A stretch of DNA of 64,000 nucleotides from Callorhinchus milii (taxonomy: Eukaryota). The position numbers were made by a program, and so were the translations under genes. Below the pieces are notes generated by a model. That model was not told the origin of the DNA. It saw nothing but the letters and a program-made list of their open reading frames with translations, and ran no database searches. This document shows positions 26,106 through 40,490 of the stretch, piece by piece (position 1 is the first letter of the stretch; every line of letters begins with the position of its first letter). The DNA lies in contig NW_024704742.1 of assembly GCF_018977255.1 (NCBI RefSeq), positions 135,038,001 through 135,102,000 on the forward strand, in the 5' to 3' direction.

Positions 26106-28269
26106 AACAGTTCAAAGGTGCAAAAAAAAGAAAAGAAATAATAATTTGGTCATTCAATCCACAAATGCTTGTGGGACACTGCTGTGCACATTTGGTTGCC
26201 ACGTTTCTCCCACAAAGTACACAGTCAATCCACTTTACAGTATATCCTTTGAGATGTCTCAACAATATGATAAGGCGTTATATCAAATGCAATGATTATT
26301 ATTATTACGTAACATAACTTGCATGGAAAAATATGAAACTAGAAGGGAAAATAGCAAAATGCTAAACTCTGCCCACTCTCACCATTCTTAGAAGAATAAA
26401 AATCTGGTGAAATTTCATTCAAATGGATGCAAATCTCTCGTGGTTCGAGTGTGTTTAAACAGCTGGAGCCGCCACCTACAGCATTCTGTTCCCCTGTTTT
26501 AAGTCCAAACTAACCTACTGCCTTCTTTAAAAAAAACTATTGTAATTTGTGCTTTCCGAAGCCCAAGCGACAGGTGCACCCAAGCATAACCTTCCCCCTG
26601 GCTGTGCTCGAGCCACTGGCTAATATTTTGGAGGGTCTGAGAGTAAGGAACAGATGAGGCCATCTGTCAGCTCAAACAAACAGATTTGTGATCCAGTGAC
26701 TGGACACAATGAACATGCCAAAGAAGTCAGGCGCTGACAATCTTCCTGCTGGGCTCCATTTAAGGAGCTTACACAAACCCAAGAGCATGATTCGGATCCT
26801 GTCAACACACATTTCTGTAAGTGGCTTCACACACGCCTGTCTCGCAGTGATCAAAGGATCTTTTAATTTGTATTTAATTACTTCTTATCAACCGTCAGCA
26901 TCATCTCCCAGCATCTAAATGTAGCCGGAAACATGGAACCAGAATCGCAGCCTTGCCCACCAAACAGATTTCCCAGTTTTTCAATGTGACAATTGCGTAC
27001 AATACAATTGAGGAATTACACAGCAAACAAATTCAGCCGAGCTTTTTTTTCTCCTCTCTTTGATTCTAATGATCGCTTCACAAGTACTAGGCCTAGGAAT
27101 AGATACGGTCTGTATCGGAATAGTAAAGGCTCGATGGGTTATTAAGAAAAATAAAAATTGGAAGGAAATTCATGTCAAATAGTGACTGTGCATTTTTTAG
27201 ACAAATGCGGTGAGCAATTTGCGCACAGCAAAGTCTCACAAACAGCCACCAAAATTTCTCGAAATAACTGTACTCCCTCCAAATCAGAGAAGCTTAGAGT
27301 TCAACATACAGGGAAGTCTTCGAGGAATTTATGATGGTCCCAGCAATATGCTAGCAAAAGGCAAATGCAACAAAAAGCTCACTTTATCCTGAATAATATT
27401 CTTAAGCCAGAAGAAAGAGAAGTTGCATTTTATAGCCACATCGCAACATCACAAGCCTTGAATGTAGTGAGTGCTTTTTGGAAGCGATGCAGCAATTATT
27501 AGAGCCACCAAAGTCCAACAGTATAATCCAGAGGATTCTTGGCTCGGACACAAGTAGAAATTTCTTCCATTTTTGAAAAGTGCCAGGGTCCTTTAATGTC
27601 CAACTGACCGTAAGCAGGACATGCGTTTAATGTCTTTGATATTATCTCTGATTATCCAGCGATCCACCAGTGATGCACTGGAGTGTCGGACACTGGACTG
27701 TGAGCTAAATGGCCGATGTGGGCCTACAAGCTTCTAACCTGGAGGGAGTGTTCTATCAATTAGGGCAAAGCAAACCCTGATTGATTTTCAAAGAATAACA
27801 ATGTAAACACACGGGGCTTGCAATTTGGAAATGTTTTCAAAACATCTTACCCCACATTATCTGCTGTAAGGTACATCTACTTTGGACAATCCCAGTGTGG
27901 AGGTTTCCATTTCCAGTCAATCTTTCTTGTGACCTCTCTGGGAAGAGACTGCCCATTTGTGCCAAATTAAGAGTTTTGTGCTGAGCCAGGGAGATTCTGG
28001 GTTGAATGCTTCAATCGCTTTCAACAACATGATCAACAAAATAACATTTATATAACGCCTTTCATATCAGAAGGATATGATTTCATTGGCGCTGGACAGT
28101 TAAGGGTTTGAGTCCAAACTGGGGGTTGGAATCAAGTGGGATGGAGGGCAGGGGCAGATAGTCAAAAGCATGATCAAAGAGGAAAGCCTTACGACAGGCC
28201 TTTAAGATAGCAAGGCGTGACCATCAACCACTTCACAAAGAGAGCTGCATAAGCATAGAAATAACAGCC

Positions 28270-28640
28270 TCGGAGGGGCTGGTTCAAGCCTCAGGTTGGG
28301 ATCCATATAGTCGAGGCTGACACTCCAACCCAATACTGGGGGTGTTCTCCATTGTTAAAGGCGCTGTCCTTTGGATGAGACATTAAACCAAGACCCTACC
28401 TGCCTGTCCTGGTGGATGTTAAAGATCCCATGCCACTATTCAAAAAGAGAAGAGGGTTTCTCTCTCCAAGTGTCCTGGCCAACAGCCAGATAAAAATTCG
28501 TCACTCACTCTATGGCCGTTTCTGAGACACTGCTGTGCGCAAATTGGCTGTGGCCTTCGTCCACAAAATACATATTTTCACACCACTTCTGCTTATCCTT
28601 GTGATGCACTTTAGGCGGTTTCGACACTCTGATGTATAAA
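28270..28640 (+). mobile_element. Old Deu-domain SINE
   Basis: ggatgagacattaaaccaag…ggtggatgttaaagatcccatgccactattc…gtgtcctggccaaca. Confidence 0.72.
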
Positions 28641-31600
28641 AAAATAAATTTTAAAAAAATGATTTATTCCCTCAATCCACAACTGCTTGTGGGACACTGC
28701 TGTGCGCAATTGGCTGCCTCATTTTGCCCACAGTCAATCAACTTTACAGTACATTCTGTGACGTGAGACATTTCAAAGACATGATAAGGCGCTATATAAA
28801 ATGCAAGGATTATTATTATCAAATGTAAAGATTATTATCAGTTACATTAATAGTTTGGTTGAAAGCACGTCTGCTTGGAAAGTAGTGTTTCGGCCATTCT
28901 GAACGCCATTTTGTCTGTAAAGTAATGAGCGGGGGGTGCCTGTGGTGATCAGCAATTTCAGAAAAGGCCTTGTGTAGTCGACAGGATTTTGAAGACAGGA
29001 ACTTGGCAGGAACTGGAGATTTATCAATACAGTACATAAATGCAGCACTGAACAAAATCCACAGGCGCAAACAAGCCACCAATTAGCACAACAGAAGATT
29101 TTCAATCACGCCTGGGACTGGTCTGATGAGACGAGGACAAGAGGGAGAAAATAGACTTTGTGTGGACGATTTTATACAATCCTACAAATGAGTCACCCGG
29201 ATACAGGGTGACAGTGTCCCTAATAATAATAACAATCCTTGCATTTGATGTAACGCCTTATTACCTCATTCTTCTCACAGTACTTCACAGGATATTATAA
29301 AGTGTATAATACTATAAAGTGAATTGACTGTGTATTTTGTGGGTGAAACGTGGCAGCCAATTGTACACAGTGGTGTCCTACAAACAGTCATGGGTTGAGT
29401 GACCAAATTATTTTTTTTGTCCCTAAACAGATGAATGACTTATATGGCTTTGAACGAGCTGATTATATGGACACTGACAAATGGAAAGCAGCCGGAACAG
29501 TTACCATCCTTTCCCAGTGTTATTCCCGTCAAGAAAGCAATAAATTAATGATATCATCGGCTCATTAAAAAAAATGATCATTCAATTTTCATCACAGAAA
29601 GTCTAACGGCCTTTTAAAAATTTGCAGACCTTTGATCTGCTTAGTTAAGAGAGGTGCTAACTGTAAGGCATGAAAGAGCAATTGCATCGCTAGAACTCCG
29701 CTTTGTGCCTCACTAATATGTAACTCTTTGAAATCATAGGCGCGGACATCCTCAGCAAAGTCAACCTGGAGGCCACGGTGGGCTTAGATCTCAGAAATAT
29801 ATAATTCATAATGTTTTGCTTTCAAAAGTTCCAACACTTTTGCACTCCATGACAGTTGCTAATGAAATAATCCCAGCCCTCGTTTCGTCACTCTGAAACT
29901 GGAGCCCCTAAAAACAGAGGGTCTGTTAGTAACATCGGGTTGAATTTTAAAGCATGGAGTTTGCTGGTCACTGTAATGCTTTCTGGCCAAACCCCAAGTG
30001 AAAAATTATACTTCTGGCACCAGTGGATCCAAAGACAGGTCTGATCGCTTCCACTCCACTGACATTCTGATTGGAGCAGCATTTCTACAGGAAGGGACTA
30101 AACAGAGCATACACATACTCTGCATCACGCAGAAGGCCTGCCTGTATTTTATGTAATAGCCTATATGGTGTTCTAAGTCATGTGTGAGGGGAGATTTAAG
30201 GAGGTCGTCCACAAAATAGTTACTTTTCTCAATTTATATAATAAATAATCTTTGCATTTGATATTTCACCTTGTCATAATGTTGAGAATTCTCAAAGCAC
30301 TTCACAGATTATACTGTAAAGTGCATTGCCTGTGTATTTTGTGGGCGGAACGCGACAGCCAATTGCGCACAGCAGTCGTGGATTGAGTGACTACTATTGT
30401 TTATTCTTTTAATTATAATAAAAAAAATTCTTGTCACTCTCACAAAACAAAGCTTTTTGGTTACTTTGAATAAAGTATTATTTGTTGTATCAAATTACAA
30501 GGATTACAACGTGCATAACACAAATGTTATTCAAAAATTAATATTTTGCATGTTTTCCTCAGTTTTACTATAACACAGAGTATGTGGTGCATCAAACATT
30601 AAACAACCCATACGGACAGATGCAGTGAGTGTACCAATGCTTTGTTTATCAGACTGATATTAGCTATTGGCAGAGCTGTGGCATTCTCTTGTTGATAGAC
30701 TGCCAACACTCGCTGTCACCACTTAGCCATCCTCTGTCTCACCCCCTCCCTCTCTCCCTCCCTCCATTGAAACGCCAACTCAGGACTTACCTCTTTGACA
30801 ACTCTTTTGGTACCTTCTGCCCCCGCCACCACCCCCTCGCTTAGGGGCCCAGTGGCATGTGCTACAGTAAAACAGTAAAACCCGGACAAGTCTGATCTGT
30901 AAAAATCATATAATCGCCTAAGTCATGTCTGCCCAAGTCCCGTTCAAGTGTTTATATATTCTGAGCAAGTAACTCAATTTGAATAAGTCATATTAAATGT
31001 TTGGTCCCAACTGATCGACTTCTGTGAGATGCACTGTATATAAATACAGTATAATATTGTCAAGGCTCAAATAAGTAATGTCCAATCGGGTAAGGAGCTG
31101 GAGGGAAGCTAGTCCCCAATAGAAAGGGAACAAAATGGAGTCAAATGCTTTTAAGGAGAATAGGAAAGGAGGGGAGAAAATTGGAGAATTTTTTTTTTTG
31201 AAGCTTCAAGCGCTTTGCCCATGAAAAATTCCCTTTTAATTCTAATGTCACGCTCGGTGCCAAAGTAAAGGCTTGAAATGAGAACGGAATTCTGTTTCTG
31301 AGGGAATAAATTAGCTGGATTGGAAACTAAAAATCAAACCTTGTCAGACAACGTTCTATTTTATTCCCACTGCCAAGATTTAGCTGAAGTTAAACTTTTC
31401 TAGCCGGCGATGTTAAAACATGCGAGACGCACCAAATGGTCGACCAAAAGAATTACACTGTGTAAGCGACTAAACTGGACTCCAGGGTGCGAGGCAGTGG
31501 TGTGGGAGTAATAGGCTATTTGCCACACAGCTTGCTTTCTGTGCGATTTTTTTTCTGCTGGAAATAAGGGTTGATCTCTAGGGCTGACCCTGTGACAAGC

Positions 31601-32009
31601 ATTGATCCCACAACTCCTGCCCTTGAGCAGCTCTTATTTGTCTATAATTTCATCCAGTTCACAAAAGGGTTAGCCTTGCCTTCACACATACAAAAAGAAA
31701 ATTAATTCCTGTCTCCATTTTTTTGATAGTGCAGCAGCTTTCGAATGTGCCATGGATGTCTTTAAAGGAAAGAATGAAATTACTGTAAATTTTTTAAGTA
31801 ATTGGGCTAAGAAAGTTATTCATGCGGTTTTCCAAATCTTTGTTGACATAGATCGAGTCCTTTCACAATACAAAACAATTTACAATACGATTTTCACATC
31901 TTAAGCATTTCAAATGGCTTCACAGCAACACTATGCCAGCATTTTACAGTTTGCATTATTGTGGACAGTGACTATTCCATTCTCACTGTAGTCAGAAGAC
32001 ATACGCGCT

Positions 32010-32345
32010 TAATAATGATAATAATCTTTGCATTTGATATATCACATCTCAAAGCGCTTCACAGAATATATGGTAAAGTGAATTGACTGTATTTTGTGAG
32101 CGACAACGCGACAGCCAATTTCACACAGCAGCGTCCCACAAACAGTTGTGGATTGAGTGACCATATTATTATTATTTTGTTTAAAAATAAACCAAAAAAA
32201 CCCATCCGCCCATCGATTAACAACCGGGTTTCTACTTACTGCGAGGTAAACAGAGGAGAGTGGAGTAAAGAAACTCACCAACATTTCGCCTGCTGGGAAT
32301 GGAACCCAGATCCTCTTGCTTGAGAGGCGTGTGCTCTAACCAATA
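32010..32345 (-). mobile_element. tRNA-derived SINE (long variant)
   Basis: Same modular structure as 19870-20208. Confidence 0.8.
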
Positions 32346-32664
32346 CCCCTGAGCTCACTAAGCATGTCTCATAAGTTTTGAGGTAGGCTGCTTAAAAGAA
32401 CAATAATGGTATGTGCATGTGAGAGTGTGTGAGAGGGGGACAAACACAAGCAAGGTTTCAAATCTATGAAACGGCCTAAACTTTTCTTCCCTCTCCCAAC
32501 CCCAAGCTCTACATCAACAACAAAAAGAAATTACATAATAATAATATAATAATAATCCTTGCATTTGATATAGCGCTTTGCAGGTCTTCTAAATGTCTCA
32601 AAGCGCTTCACAGAATATACTGCAAAGTGAATTGACTGTATTTTTTTGTGGGCGAAATGCGGCA

Positions 32665-33583
32665 ACAACAATAAGATGACATTTGTATAGTGCCTTTCAC
32701 GTCGGGTGGATGTCCCAAGGCGCTGGACAGAGTACAGCATTTCAGACCCGAGCTGGGGTTGGTGGGGAGAAGGGAGGGGAGGGGAAGGTGGGTGCCCGAT
32801 GGCATGGTCGAAGAGGAGGGTCTTGAGGCGGGACTTGAAGGAGGCTAAGGAGAGGGCGAGTCAGAGTGACTGGGGGATGGAATTCCAGAGATTGGGGGCA
32901 GAGTGGCTGAAGGCTCTCCCGCCAATGGTGGGGTGGGGCACGTGGAGCAGGCCAGAGCCGGCTGAGTGGAGGGAACGGGCGGGTTGGTTGGGGGTTAGGT
33001 GGTCGCAGAGGTAGGGTGGGGCGAGGCCATGGAGGGCTTTGTATGTGAGGACCAGGATCTTGAACTGGATCCTCTGAAGGATAGGGAGCCAGTGGGGTCG
33101 GGCGAGAGTGGGGAAGATGGGGTCACGGAGTTTGGTGCGGGAGAGGACACGGGCTGCAGAGTTCTGGATTATCTGCAGCTGTGGAGGGAGGAGTTGGGAG
33201 GGCCGACAAGCAGGGCATTTGCATAGTCGAGCCTGGAGGTGATGAAGGCACGAACAAGAGTTTCAGCGGCCTGAGGGGTGAGGGAGTGGCGGAGTCGGGC
33301 GATGTTACAGAGGTGAGGGAAAGCAGAGCGGGTCATGGCTTGAATGTGGGGGAGAAAAGACAGTTGAGGATCGAACAACACACCCAGGTTCCTGACTGGC
33401 GGTGAGTTGTAGTGTCTAACCATGGAGCTGATGTTGCCAGAGCCTGAGGCACTGGCGCGAGGCAATCAGGAGGGCCTCAGTCTTGTTCACATTCAACTGT
33501 AGGAAATTTGCCCTCATCCAGGACTTGATGTCCGACAGACAGTCTGTCAGGACAGCAGTTGTCCTGGAGTTGAGGAGGCAGAA
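32665..33583 (-). mobile_element. Older 5'-truncated L2 copy inserted in a SINE, with possible 6-bp TSD GCGGCA
   Basis: Frames NFLQLNVNKTEALLI and [19 protein letters not shown]…TSRLDY. GCGGCA at 32659-32664 and 33591-33596. SINE halves flank it. Confidence 0.88.
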
Positions 33584-35249
33584 AGATACAGCGGCATCCA
33601 ATTGCGCACAGCAGTGTCCCACAAACAGTCATGGACCTAAGTGACCAATCTTATTATTTTTTTCTTGAGGAATTAATATCAGGCGTGTGGAATAAGGAAA
33701 CTTGCCCAAGGTTTCGCCCTGCCGGGAATCGAACCCAGGTCTCTCGCTTGCAAGGCGAGTGCTCTAACCACCGAGCTATAGGACTCCTTACATTTTGTTA
33801 CAAATCACAAATTACATTTGTATAGAGCCTTTCATGGCGGGAGGACGTCCCAAACGCCTTTCACATTGAGCACCAATGCAACTGCACAAAGACAACAAAG
33901 TTGTCCATTGCTCCTCTTTTGAGTTCAAAAAATGATGAGTTTAATATGCCAGACTCCCACTGTGCATTTTTAAGTTCCTTATAATTTGGATTAATTACAA
34001 GGCGCAACTTTTCAAAAGTTCTAATGAAAAATACAAATTTGTCACATTGACTTTGATGTCCAATTTTAGCTGTCAATGGGGAATCTCAGCATGCGTAATC
34101 CATCCCCATATACACTGCTCTGGACAATTTAGATAAATAGCAACTCTATAGCTATCAGTGAAACTGCGCTCAAAAGATGGAAGGGGAGTGTTGCCGAGCT
34201 GGGCACGACTGCTGCCTAACACACACACTGCTTTTCAATCACTTTACTGATCAACAGCTTCAACAACAATAGATAGAATAAAAGAACTAGCAGAATGTTT
34301 GTGTCTTATGTTTCAATGTCTGAAAGTCTCAAAGAAGTAGTGTAGTGACTTTTTGCAAGCACATGACCAGGGAGTGAATCACTGACAGGTCAAAAATTGA
34401 GAAAATTGAGAATAGGATTACAGGTTGGGTCCTGTAGTGGTTAGCGCGTTTGCCTCGCAAGCGAGAAGACCTGGGTTCGATTCCCGGGAGGGAAAATTTA
34501 ATCATTTAACCCACGACTGTTTGTGGGGCACTGCTGTGTGCAATTGGCTGCCACATTTCGTCCACAAAATACAGTCAATCCACTTTACATTATATTCTGT
34601 GAAGAGCTTTGAGTCATCTCAACGACGCGATAAATCGCTATATCAAATGCAAGAATTATTATGTAGCTGCAAAGGTAACGAAGGAAGGAATTAGTAAAGA
34701 GCTGTGGCCTCCCAACCCAATGCTTTGCACAACTCCCTCCCTCTGCCTAGCAAAGAAACCCACCCAATGTACAGAGCTAAACAAGATATCAGTGGATATA
34801 AATGGATATATTCTCAATATTGAGAATGCAGCTTTTAATAAATCTTATGAATGCAATCCAATGATTTGAAGATAAACTTCACTGAAAATCCAAGCTGTGG
34901 CCCTAATGTTCCAGCACATAAGGCCAGGTAAAATGATTCCATTAAATCCAAAAGATTTAACTTCCAATGCAATGCAATTCCATTTATAGAGGGACTCGGG
35001 AAGATTTCCCAAAGCGCACCCACAGTGCTGGATAGGGATTCAAGTTGGGGGTGGGAGCTGAGGGTGGTGGGGAGGGGAAAGATGACCAAAATCGCAGACA
35101 AAGAGGTAAGTTTTGCAATTTGCCAGCTATATATTTGAAACTTACATCTAATATAAGGCAACAACAACAAATTACATTTGCCTTTCATATTGGGAGGGCG
35201 TCTCAAGGCAGCTTTCGTGTAAGGACGGGTAACCTGGTTGCAGCACATC

Positions 35250-35640
35250 ACCTTGGATCAGTTGGTAGCATTCTCACCTCTATGTCTGAAGGTTGAGTTT
35301 TCAAGCCTCATGACAGGGCAGTAAGTTCCCAGATTAGGCTGATACTCCATTGTTGGAGGAGCTACGCTTCAGATGACATGTTAAACCATGATATTATCTG
35401 CCTGTTTAGATAGACGTTAAAGATCCGATGAGAGTATTCGAAAAACAAAGCGACTTTCTACCAGTGTCCTGGCCAACAGTCATCCAGATCAATTGTGGTC
35501 ATTCACTTCATGGCCGTTTTCAGGACATCGCTGCACACTAACTACCGTATTTGCCTAGAAATATGGTTACTACACTACACATGACAGCAATTCCCTGAGA
35601 AGCTCTGAGATAGTTTGATATTGTATCAAATGCAATTAAT
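35250..35640 (+). mobile_element. Old Deu-domain SINE
   Basis: Same head and body as 2845-3220. Confidence 0.68.
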
Positions 35641-36103
35641 GCTATTAATAATCATGAAAAGTTGTAGCGGAACGAGCCAACATAAATTGCCCAGAGGTTG
35701 GCAAATAAGCCTCCAAAGAAAATAATCAGAACGTAATGTTTCTGGTGTGACTGAAAAATAATGCCTTGTCAACCTGACGATGGGGGGAGGGGGGAATGAA
35801 AGACTGACGCTTGACCTTTGATCTAATCTTTCAGTCATCCAGTCTGTCCTCAATCTCCAATAATAAATAGGAGCCTGTGCATTCTCCATAACCTCTTCGA
35901 TCAGCTGTCTTGCTTCCTTGACCACAGCCTAACAGCGTTACGCGGAGGCCTGTTTGCCCATTCCTCCGCAGAAATTAAAGTCATTGTTGTGAAGCCAGGC
36001 TGGGCTTCAGATTTCTGCTTTACGATGACAGAAAGGGCTGGGAGTTTCCACTACTAGCAGTGTCCTTGTACCTGTCCAATAAAAGAACACTAACCTTAAT
36101 TTT

Positions 36104-36426
36104 ATAATAATAATAATCCTTGCATTTGATATAGCGCTTTTCACGTCAGGAAGACATCCCAAAGCGCTTCACAGAACACACTGTAAAGTGAATTGACTGT
36201 ATATTTGTGGGCGAACGCGGCAGCCAATTGCGCACAGCAATGTCCCACAAACAGTCGTAGATTGAAAATGACCAATTTATTATTGTTTTTGGTTTTTGGA
36301 GGGATTATTATTAGGCTCTGTGTGGAGTAAGGAAACTTACCCAAGGTTTCGCCCTCTGCCTGGAATTGAACTCAGGTCTTTCGCTTGCAAAGCGAGTGCT
36401 CTAACCACTGAGCTACAGGACTCCAC
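36104..36426 (-). mobile_element. Young tRNA-Ala-derived SINE
   Basis: Near identical to 6353-6681. Confidence 0.92.
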
Positions 36427-36799
36427 ATAAACCATAGCAACAGGACAAAGGAAACTCACTCCATTCAGAGATTTTTTGTTAACATTTTCAACATCCTGTC
36501 AAAATCTATAAACCGGATTTATTATACAGAAAAAATGTATATTTCACCAAAAGCATTTGCTCAAGGATGTAGAATTGCAATTGCTCGTGAATTTACTGAC
36601 ATTAGTAAGATCACAAGGCAAGCGCTGCCTAGTTTAGTTAAGAGAACCTGTTTCATAGGTGCCATGCAAGACTGTTTCAACAGCAATCCAAATGATCTGT
36701 GTGCCCAAACAGTGCCTGCCTTTAATAGACAAGCAAGGATGTGTTACCACTTCCCGTCAGTGATCCTTTCAAAAAAGAATCATTCAGAATTTTTTTTTA

Positions 36800-37122
36800 A
36801 ATAATAGTAATTTGGTCACTCAATCCACCACTGTTTGTGAGACACTGCTGTGTACAGTTGGCTGCTATGTTCCACCCACAAAACATAATAATAATAAGCC
36901 TTGCAAGATACTGTGCCTTATCACGTCGTTGAGACGTCTCAAAGCACTTCACAGAATATACTGTGTATATTTTGTGGGTGAAATCCGGCAGCCAATTGCG
37001 CACAGCAGTGTCCCACAAACAGTCGTACAGTCAATTCAATTTACAGTATATTCTATGACGTATTTTGAGACATCTCAAAACGTGATACGGTGCTATATCA
37101 GATGCAAGGATTATTATTATTA
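36800..37122. mobile_element. Plus-strand SINE interrupted by a minus-strand SINE (~36884-37026)
   Basis: …cccacaaaac | (aat)n…inverted SINE… | acagtcaattcaatttacag…. Confidence 0.82.
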
Positions 37123-40100
37123 TACGGAAGAGAGTCTCAGTAAGGTGTGTGAGTGTTTTACTGTGCTTTCTGCATGATTCGCGATGAAAAACTCAACACA
37201 AAATATAGTTTGAGAACCACAATCATTAATCAATTTGCACTGCAGGCCTAGCTGCTGAGCCCAGCTTGGGCAGGTAGTAACACCAGGACATCCATTTACA
37301 CTGCCACAGTTGAGTGTGGCAACTAACTCATTTGGCTTATCCTTAAAAATAGTTCCTTACAAATCATCGGATCAGTTGTTAATGTTTTGAGAGAGAGGTT
37401 TTAATGTTATTAAAGAGCTAATCAAACTCCTGTCCCCTATTCTTAAAGACTAATGCTGGAAAATAACATAATAATAATAATAAATAATAATCCTTGCATC
37501 ACTTCTGCCGTCTGTAGGCTCTCCACATTGCTTGTAAGCAAACTCTCACGCTAGCGAGGATTTTACACAAGCATAATTTGAGAGCTGTAACAAAGCCAGC
37601 TCAGGACATGCAGGGTAGTGGCAGAAGGACAAGTAATAACAGCTTTTAAATGAGGGAATTATATATACGTTTGTAAAGAACGCTTTGTTAGAAATTACGG
37701 TTTGTCAGCAATTACTTTTAAAGAAGCATGCTGTGATTATATCTGTGCAGTCAAAATCTGAGGGTATTAGAACGGTTAAACCGATATTAATAGAATGGGC
37801 CCAGTCAAAGTCATTATGTTCAGTTGTAGCGCTGAAAATGTAGATGGACAGATGACAGACTAGAGGTCTATGGAATGGGTGCAGCATAGTGATGAACAAA
37901 ATTGTCAGTAAATTGAACGGGGCAGATGGGTGGGCTCAATAGTCAGGTTTGACTGTATTTTGTGGGCGAAACGCAGCAGCCAATCGATTACAATTGTCCC
38001 ACAAACAGCTGTGGATTAAAGTGACCAATTTATTATTATTGTTTTTTTTCTTGAGGGATTATTATCAGGTGCGTGGAGTAGGAAACTTGCCCAAGATTTT
38101 GCCCTCCCGGAAGTCGAACCCAGGTTTCTCACTTGCGAGGCGAGTGCTCTCACCACTGAGCAATGTTATATTAACATTACAGAGCTTCTGTTCAGGTGGA
38201 TATAAGACAAGGTTCTGACATTAAGTAATTATGCAGATTAATAATTTTTTGGAAAATTGTGTGACTAATTTACTGCAAATTGTTTCAAAACATTTCGTTA
38301 GATTGCTTGGACGATTGGAATACCCTTCATTTCCATTAGACAAATATAAATTGTAGGAGTAGGTTTACTTCTCTCTATTTTGGGCCATAGGAATTAACTT
38401 CTCAGTGTCTTAGAGGATGCTGTGTCGTGATCAGTACTGTGATGGGTCTGTATGCACAATGCATTGAAAATGGGCTTAAGATCGATCAGAATAATTTTTC
38501 CGTGGGAACTGACCAGGGCTTAGATCAATCCATTTTTAAGTCAATTTCAGAGGTAATCTATAATAAGATCGTTTCACTTAAACAAGCCTGCCTGGACAAT
38601 AAAACTGATTCTGAAATATTTCTCAATTCCCTTTAATTTTGCTTGGATCTATTCGGAGATATTCCAATGTGAATTTGTAGGAATGTTTCCTTTTCCTAAG
38701 GGCCACTTCCCCACAAAATCAACCCATCAGAATTCTCAACATCCACGTGCCAGATGATTCTGTGCGCAATTGGCTGCCGCGTTTCGCCCACAAAATATAG
38801 TCAATTCATTTTAAAGTATATTCTATGAAGCACTTTCAAACATCTCAACGATGTGATAATGCATTATTTCAAATGCAAGGATTAGTATTATCTTACTTGA
38901 CCTTAGTTCACTGACTGTGACTTAGGTGTCAGCTTTTTTCAGTTGGTATCACTATCGCCTCGACACACACGATATTGTGCCTTATATTGTCAAAGCACTT
39001 TCCAGCATTTACTGTGCAGTCTAGTGACTATAATTGTGTAACAAGCGCTCCGAGACACTGCTCTGTGTGAAGGGCGCCACATGAATGCAAGTTGTCGTGG
39101 AGTACTGCAGCTCAGTGGTTCGAGCACTCACCTCGCAAGCGAGAGACCTGGGTTCGATTCCCGACAGGGCGAAATGTTGGGCAAGTTTCCTGAACGTGTC
39201 CTAGCAGACAATCCCACATGCAAAATTGGTCATTCACAACAATGGCTGTTGCGGGACATTGCCGTGTGCAAATCAGATGCTGCGTCACCTACAAAGTATA
39301 GTCACTACACTTGACAACACATTCGGTGAAGCGCTTTGAGACGCCCTCCTGACGTGAAATCTGCTTTACCAAATGAAAGGATGATGATGGCGTTGATAAT
39401 TATTGTTGTTATTATCAGTGAGTGAGAGAGGAAAAATAGCATCGAGGGTAGATGGTTTCTTGTGTTGGTTTGTGAGAAGGAACATGACCATTTGAGGGTA
39501 AAACTGCACACAATTGAGATGCAAGGAGTCACAACTAACACACCACTCTCTTGCTTTCTCTCCAAGTTGCCGGGTTGCAGCTGCAGAGATAATAGGCTTT
39601 CATGATCAATCGATTCCCAATAAATCTAAATCAATCCTGATGGTTTTTGGCTTAGTCGGGACAATCAGACAAATGGGATAATTTCATTCCCACAAGGCCA
39701 TTCCATTTATACAGCATATTTTGGCATGATGGAAATTTTATTGAACACTCACACAACCAGGCGGAAGGTTGCTTGCCTGCTATGAACCTTCAGGTAGTAC
39801 CTCACCTTTCTGTACACTTGAGACATCCTCCCGACATGAAAGGCGCTATACAAATGTAACGTATTTTGCATTGTGCACCACTGGCTCCCGTCAAACCTCC
39901 AAGTAATTAAATTAACTATAATTCTCGCATTTGAAATAGCGCTTTATCTTGTCAATGAGATGTCTCCATCATTTTGCAGGATTTACTGTGAAATGTAATG
40001 ACTGTTTATTCTCACTCCATGACTGTTTGTGCGACATTGCTGTGTGCAATTGGCTGCCATGCTTTGCCCCCAAAAATACATGATCAATCCACTTCACAAC

Positions 40101-40149
40101 ATATTCTGTTAAGAGCTTTGAGACTTCTCAATGGCGTGATAAGGCGCTA

Positions 40150-40490
40150 TATCAAATTATTATTATTCTGTAGACAAATGCGGAGGAATTTGTGCACAGC
40201 AATGTACCACAAATAGCCAAGAAGTCAATGACCAATTTTATTTGGAGGATTGTTGGCTGGAATGTCAAAAGTAACTTTCATCTCTGAATCGTTCCAATGG
40301 GACCTTTATCGACCACCTGAACGCACTGCAGCTAAACGTCTCATTTGAAGGACGACACAACTCATGAAGTACTGCACCCTGAACACTGCAGTGTCAGCTG
40401 AGACTGACTTCAAAGTTCAGGCATGGGGCTTAAACCCACAACCTTTAGGTTAGAGGTGAAAGTGCTACCAACTTTGCCAAGTTGACACCT
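40150..40490 (-). mobile_element. Old Deu-domain SINE
   Basis: Degenerate reverse complement of the same family. Confidence 0.6.

Noticed and set aside
29117..29152. CTGATGAG…GAAA hammerhead-like core
   Set aside because: The intervening sequence cannot form stem II, and no flanking stems were found.
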